Part shown: positions 58,305 through 64,000 of the stretch, in pieces
Layout: every line of letters begins with the position of its first letter
Numbering within the stretch: position 1 is the stretch's first letter
NCBI GenBank assembly: GCA_964016885.1
Contig: OZ024752.1
Location: 39,246,001-39,310,000, forward strand
Source of the DNA: Eledone cirrhosa
Lineage: Eukaryota
Direction: 5' to 3'
Length of the DNA: 64,000 bases
Position numbers and translations under genes: made by a program
Notes under the pieces: model-generated
Told to the model about the DNA's origin: nothing
Databases searched by the model: none
Seen by the model: only the letters and a program-made list of their open reading frames with translations

Positions 58305-58723
58305 TACAAAAGCTGACCTTACCCAATTACACTTCTCAAAGGCGATGACACACCACCGTGATTTCAGGGCGTCACGCAGTAATACAGAAGACCCCCCCCC
58401 ACGGGTACAAGCCGAAGCTGAAGCATATAGACAATATGCCCCCACACCCTCCTACTGCAAGGTGGTCGTGGAGGTGCCACGGCAAAAAAGCACCCAGCCC
58501 ACACTATAAAGTGGACGTGTAGGCGCCACGGAAAAAAGCACCAAGCTCTCACTGTAAATGAGGTTGGTGTTAAGAAGGGCATCCAGCTGTAGAAATCAAG
58601 CCAGAATCAGTTCCTGTATGAGCAAGGCATGGTCAGCCGACCGGACACTGCCCACAACAGGACAACCCGTCTAACCCATGGTAGCGTGGAAGAACGGACA
58701 TAAAACAGTGATGATGATGATGA
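58305..58723 (+). mobile_element. RTE LINE 3' end, same family as 1-575
   Basis: KADLTQLHFSKAMTH followed by a closely similar 3'UTR and GAT tail. Confidence 0.88.
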
Positions 58724-59110
58724 CACACTATTGGATGACCGTTGAGTTCCTCTGTCTTTTGACAGGTATGTTTTCCATCCTGCAGGGTGTCCAAAATCAC
58801 CCTCCTCATCAAGCAAACTTAGTGGGGTTGCTAGTTTAGTCATCAACGACCATGAGACAGGTTGTATTAAGTTACATGTTACCAGTAGCACTCAGGAGTG
58901 ATCTGATACATTGCTAATATAATTGTTTCTACTTTAGGCACAAGGCCAGCAATTACCCAGTGCATTACTGGTACTTTATTTTATCGACCCCGTAAGGATG
59001 AAAGGCAAAGTCAACCTCGGCGGGATTTGAACTCAGATCGTAAAGGGACGTACATTGCTAATATAATGACCTCTTTTTGCAGCTACCTGTACATACTCTT
59101 CTAATCACTC

Positions 59111-59316
59111 TTAACCCTTTAGCATTCACATTACCCTATATTTACTATTGTATTTTCACAGAAAAAGCTTTATCTCACATAATATCGAATCTATGAAATT
59201 TTGATATTATTTATCTTGAGAACAATACCTTAACATCAGTATGAACAGCCAGTTACAACCAGTTTGAACAGAAAGAGGTGAGAGAATTCTGGCCGATTTA
59301 AACACTAAAGAGTTAA
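59111..59316 (+). mobile_element. piggyBac-type MITE (~200 bp, TTAA-flanked, CCCTTTAGCATT termini)
   Basis: ttaa|ccctttagcatt...aaacactaaagag|ttaa; related copies at 38674-39136, 60259-60478 and 62088-62633. Confidence 0.75.
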
Positions 59317-60869
59317 AGTACTCTGAATGAAACAATTTGTACAGTCTTTTATTCTCTAAACTGTAAACCTCTAGAAATGCATCTTCATCCATATTTTTAT
59401 CCTTTCAAGTGTTCAAACTCAACATCAACTACATTAATTTCTCCAAGCTGGGAAAGTCTGCAAAGGCTAGGATCATTATCATTTCTTCCATGATCAATTT
59501 ATATTAAAAAAAAATGCCTTGTTCCTTTCTTATCTCTTCTTCTTTGCCTACTTATTCCTGAGAGTCTGCAAACACTCCCTCCAGCTGGTCCTGTCAAAAG
59601 CAACCGTCTTCAACTGATCTGGTTAGATCCCCAAGCATGACCAGTCAAGCTCATGAATGTTATCCAACCATCATGCCCAGGGTCTACCCTTGGGCCTCCT
59701 ACCTGTTGGTTTTGCCCATAAAATCTGTTCTTATCTTATTTCTAAAATCAGTTCCTACAATTAAAACTACACACATGCTAGCATGGATTTACTTGTCCAT
59801 ACTGCTGTAGCCAGAGTTACTTCCCGTAGAATTTCTAGAATACTCCTTGAACTTCCATTCCAGAGATTATAAAAGAAGGAGCAAAGGACAATCTACCTCT
59901 CTTTTACCAGCAGCTCTAGAACTGACCACACCAAGCACAGATGCTAAACTTTTTCTAATCCTATCTTATATCTCAGGATTACACCACATCATGGCACGAG
60001 GTATGTTTCACTACCAAAATTGTAACAAGCTACTTCAATAAATACAAATCGTTACTGATACTCGTTTCTAAAGTATTCGTCATGTTTCAATTACTACATT
60101 GTCATTTCTTTTACATCTAAATAAATTAAATTAGTGGTTGGCATGTAGTGGTATTTACTGGAGTAAATAACCCTATGACCAATTCACTAAACTACCTCCA
60201 CTACTAAGATCAACCTTTTGATAAATTAAAAGAAATCAATAATTTATCCCAGTAAAAGAGCATTTACATTACTCAATATAAACTATTGTATTTTCACAGA
60301 AAAGGCTTTATCTTACATAATATCTCTCATAATATTGAATCTATCAGATTTTAGCATTATTTATTTTGTGAATAATACCGTAACCTAAAGTATGAGTGGC
60401 TATTTACAGCCAATTTGAACAGAAAGAGGTGAGGGGAATTTTGGCTGGTTATGGCTAGTTTAAGTGCTAAAGGGTTAAATCTTTACTGATTTTACAATTA
60501 CTTCTATTTCTACCCACATTTTTCTATAGTTTACAGTGTTTTTCCTCTATTATAACTTTCACTTTATCTTTTCTTCTCCTATTCATCAATTTTTATTTAT
60601 AAAATGGTTGTGACATGACAAAAACTACCCAGCACACACTGTAAATGTGGTTGGCATTAGGAAGAGGATCCAGCTGTAGAAATCAGCACCAGGTGAGCAA
60701 CACATGGTCCTCTGACCTGATTCTCTTCCAAAGGGTCAACCTGTCTTACTCATGCTAACATGGAAAATGGACGTTAAACGATGATGATGATGATGATGAT
60801 GATGATAATAATGATGAAAACGATGACTAGAATCTCTTAGATGTTTCAAAGAAATTGAGTTTTTCTTAC

Positions 60870-61058
60870 CAGCCAATCAAGAGAAGGTTCCCTAACAAAG
60901 ATCTCCATTGTATGTATAAGAAGTTCTTTATCAGAGCGAAGTGCTTTCAAACAATGAACCATAGTTCCTTCAAAAATGCCTTTAGTGCCATGTGGCAAAC
61001 AGACATTTTGAAGTTGACGGGTAAGTCGGAAAGGAATTAACTCTGGTATTTGTATATT
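60870..61058 (-). CDS. PRKDC: DNA-PKcs kinase-domain exon
   Basis: NIQIPELIPFRLTRQLQNV...MVHCLKALRSDKELLIHTMEIFVREPSLDWL; 189 nt, phase 0-0. Confidence 0.95.
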
Positions 61059-61116
61059 CTATAAAGAAATAGAAAGAATATCAATAAATTTAAATAGAAC
61101 AATTATAATAGATGAA

Positions 61117-61290
61117 ATACAAGAGTCGGCTGAAAAGTTCATAGGCTGACCAAGATACTCTCATGGAATGACCAAATGAGGTTTATTTTTCAACATAGTC
61201 CCTGGAAAGCAACAATGCAGTTATATGAGTTTCGGCTGAAAAGTTCATAGACTGACTAAGATATTCTCATGGAATGACCAAATGAGGTTT
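61117..61290 (+). mobile_element. Mariner-type TIR fragments (two tandem)
   Basis: ggctgaaaagttcataggctgaccaagatactctcatggaatgaccaaatgaggtttatt; same family as 63371-63716. Confidence 0.6.
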
Positions 61291-61527
61291 ATTATTTTAA
61301 GCAATCTCTCACCATCATTCCAGTCCATTTATTATTTTAAGCAATCTCTCACCATCATTCCAGTCCATTTATTATTTTAAGCAATCTCTCACCATCATTC
61401 CAGTCCATTTATTATTTTAAGCAATCTCTCACCATCATTCCAGTCCATTTATTATTTTAAGCAATCTCTCACCATCATTCCAGTCCATTTATTATTTTAA
61501 GCAATCTCTCATCATTCTAGTCCATTT
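61288..61527. repeat. 40-bp minisatellite, ~6 copies
   Basis: tttattattttaagcaatctctcaccatcattccagtcca is repeated. Confidence 0.93.
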
Positions 61528-61768
61528 CTTGTTTCAATCAGTTATTTGCTGTCATTCTAGCTCATTTCTTGATCATATTTTCCTATTACTCTTTTATTCT
61601 TAGCTTCTGTTAAATGTGAAAATTAATAAATTACTATTTTCTATTCCGCTCACACAGAGAAACTTTCAATGTTACATTGTCTTTATATTCAATACATGGG
61701 TGAGATAGATTTGCAAATGTTTGTTTCTAAAAATAAAAAAATTGGAAACATTTTTTTCTTTAACTTAC

Positions 61769-61970
61769 TTGTGTTGCTGAACCAAAAGCATGACCGAAAT
61801 CAATTCCTATCATTTGTCCTGTACCTTGATGTATCATCAGGTTACTTAAATGCCGATCACCAACACCAAGTATGTAGTGACAGATGCATAAAACTGCATG
61901 AGAAATCGTAAAGCCAGAGCGTAGAACATGAAAAGCCTCAGGTGATGTACTCATTTTCTTAAATGATTGT
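61769..61970 (-). CDS. PRKDC: DNA-PKcs catalytic-loop exon
   Basis: [40 protein letters not shown]...[14 protein letters not shown], a PIKK DRH/DFG region with PRKDC-type STSPEAF and GHAFGSATQ. The rest of the gene lies beyond the window. Confidence 0.96.
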
Positions 61971-62087
61971 CTGTTTGAAACAAGAGAATTATACATTTGT
62001 TTGGAGATTATACTCAAGAATACAATTGCAATATTCAAATCATTGTATCATAATTCAACTTTATTCAACAATATAACACGGAAAGCA

Positions 62088-62633
62088 TTAACCCTTTAGC
62101 ATTTACATTCATCATCATCATCATCATCATCATCATCGTTTAACGTCCATGTTCCACGCTTGCATGGGTTTGGACGGGAGTTTTCCCACTTGAGGCAAGA
62201 GTGGTTGTCTTGCTCGCATAGGACTGTCTGGCGGGTTTTCTACAGTTGGATGCCCTTCCTAACACCAACCACATTTACAGTACTATTGTATTTTCATGGT
62301 AAAGACTTTACTTCACATAATATCGAATCTGGATTGGCAGTATTGGTAGAGCATCAGACCCCTTGCTTTGCAGCGTAGAGTTATGGCCCTTGGCATTCTC
62401 AGTTCAAATCCTGCTGAGATTAACTTTACCTTTCAACCTTACGGGGTCGATAAAATAAAGTACCAGTAATGCACTGGGGATAATTGCTGGCCTTGTGCCA
62501 AACGTAGAAACAATTATTTATTTTGAGAACAATACCTTAACATCAGTATGAGTGGTTAGTTATGGCTAGTTTAAACAGAAAGAGGTGAGAGAATTCTGGC
62601 CAGATATGGCTGGTTTAAATGCTAAAGGGTTAA
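62088..62633 (+). mobile_element. piggyBac-type MITE with two nested retro-insertions
   Basis: Perfect ttaaccctttagcattta / taaatgctaaagggttaa ends; RTE-tail insert at 62109-62280(-) and Meta-SINE at 62331-62517(+). Confidence 0.8.
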
Positions 62634-63370
62634 ACTTTATGAGCCCTTGCCTCTACAAAATAATAATTGTTTCTACTTTTGGCACAAAACCAGCAATTAC
62701 CCCAGTGTATTACTGGTACTTTATTTTATTGACCCCGTGAGGATGAAAGGCAAAGTTAACCTCGACGGGATTTGAACTCAGATAATAAAGGGCCGTAACT
62801 CTATACTGCAAAGCATGTTGTCCGACGCCCTACCGATACTGCCAATCCACTGCCCTCTACAAAATAATAATAGCAACAACAAACAACAATAACAGCTGTT
62901 TTAAGGTTATTTGCTTGGCTTGGCTAAAACAAAGGTTAGCTGTGTGAGCCTTATGGCAGGCTTTATACTCAAGTCACTCAAGAGCCAAGAGCTAATGTTA
63001 AACCTGACAAGGGATTAAGATTGCCATCAAAGAATAGCTTCAGTTTCTGTCTAACTCCACTCATAAAGCTTAGATCAATCCATAGCTATGACAGAAAATA
63101 CTTATCTAATGTAGTCAAAAGTGAGAGATGTCTATCAGTGACAGATAATTTTATTCCAGCTATTGGTTAATAAGGCTGGATAGTTTGGATATGGAGAGAC
63201 ATGTTCCAGATGACTCAACGCCAAGTTGTCATATACCATGCTTGCTATAAATTTATACCACTTCTTATCTGTTTTCTCAGTCCAGTGTTGATACATTGTC
63301 CAGTGGACACAGCTGTCAACTAAGTTTTGTCTGTGATTATGTAGTCAATTGTCTCATTGTACTGGTTACA

Positions 63371-63716
63371 TACTTGGGTCGGCTGAAATGTTCATAGGCT
63401 GACTATGAAGTGGTGATGCTAGAGTTGTGAAATCTTGAATGCATTAATTTCAACTCTTCTTATTAATGACTGCATTGTTTCTTTCCAGGGACTATGTTGA
63501 AAGATAAACCTCATTTGGTCATTCCATGAGAATATCTTGGTCAGCCTATGAAGGAGTGATGCTAGAGCTGTGAAATCTTGCATGCATTAATTTCAACTCT
63601 TCTTATTAATAACTGAATTGTTTTTTTTTTCAGAGACTATGTTAAAAAATAAACCTCATTTGGTCCTTCCATGAGAGTATCTTGGTCAGCCTATGAACTT
63701 TTCACCTGACACTTAG
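63371..63716. mobile_element. Mariner-type MITE with internal tandem duplication
   Basis: Inverted ends gtcggctgaaatgttcataggctgac / gtcagcctatgaacttttcacctgac. Confidence 0.65.
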
Positions 63717-63835
63717 TTTGCATTTGGTGTTAGCATCTTCTTGTACTACTTCATTTTGTAGTTGCTTGTGGCTAGACATTAGTCTTATGCAACTAAAATC
63801 AGACTAATCTGTTTCTGCTTTTAGCTTAACCTCTT

Positions 63836-64000
63836 CAGTGTCGTAGATGAGATAACTTGTCCTAACATAGATGCATTCCAGTGCCACAGATGAGATAACT
63901 CGTCCTAACATGTATGCATTCCAGTGCCACAGATGAGATAACTTGTCCTAACATGTATGCATTCCAGTGCCACAGATGAGATAACTTGTCCTAACATAGA
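63836..64000. repeat. 43-bp minisatellite running off the window
   Basis: cagtgccacagatgagataacttgtcctaacatgtatgcattc at 63836, 63879, 63922 and 63965. Confidence 0.92.

Overview
AT-rich, microsatellite-dense eukaryotic DNA whose repeat content (CORE- and Meta-type tRNA-SINEs, RTE LINEs with (GAT)n tails) points to an octopod cephalopod; this assignment is inferred. Two spliced genes lie on the minus strand. The first is the last five coding exons of DNA-PKcs (PRKDC; kinase plus FATC domain, 61970-54120). Downstream is a type-I membrane Ig-superfamily gene with a signal-peptide exon, eight phase-1 single-Ig exons and a TM exon (46763 to about 9017); its cytoplasmic tail is only partly resolved. 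The rest holds two tandem young RTE LINEs with a PHD finger inside the RT, a near-intact DD37D (maT) transposon, hAT/mariner/Tx1-like relics, a TTAA piggyBac-type MITE family, foldback palindromes and minisatellites. The most notable non-obvious signal is a set of minimal type-I hammerhead ribozymes (intact cores at 2942-2986 on + and 5488-5569 on -, plus degenerate relics). They sit in non-coding partial tandem units of about 466 and 530 bp, resembling Penelope-like pseudo-LTRs or retrozymes. Exon coordinates were read by hand from splice sites; repeat boundaries are approximate.
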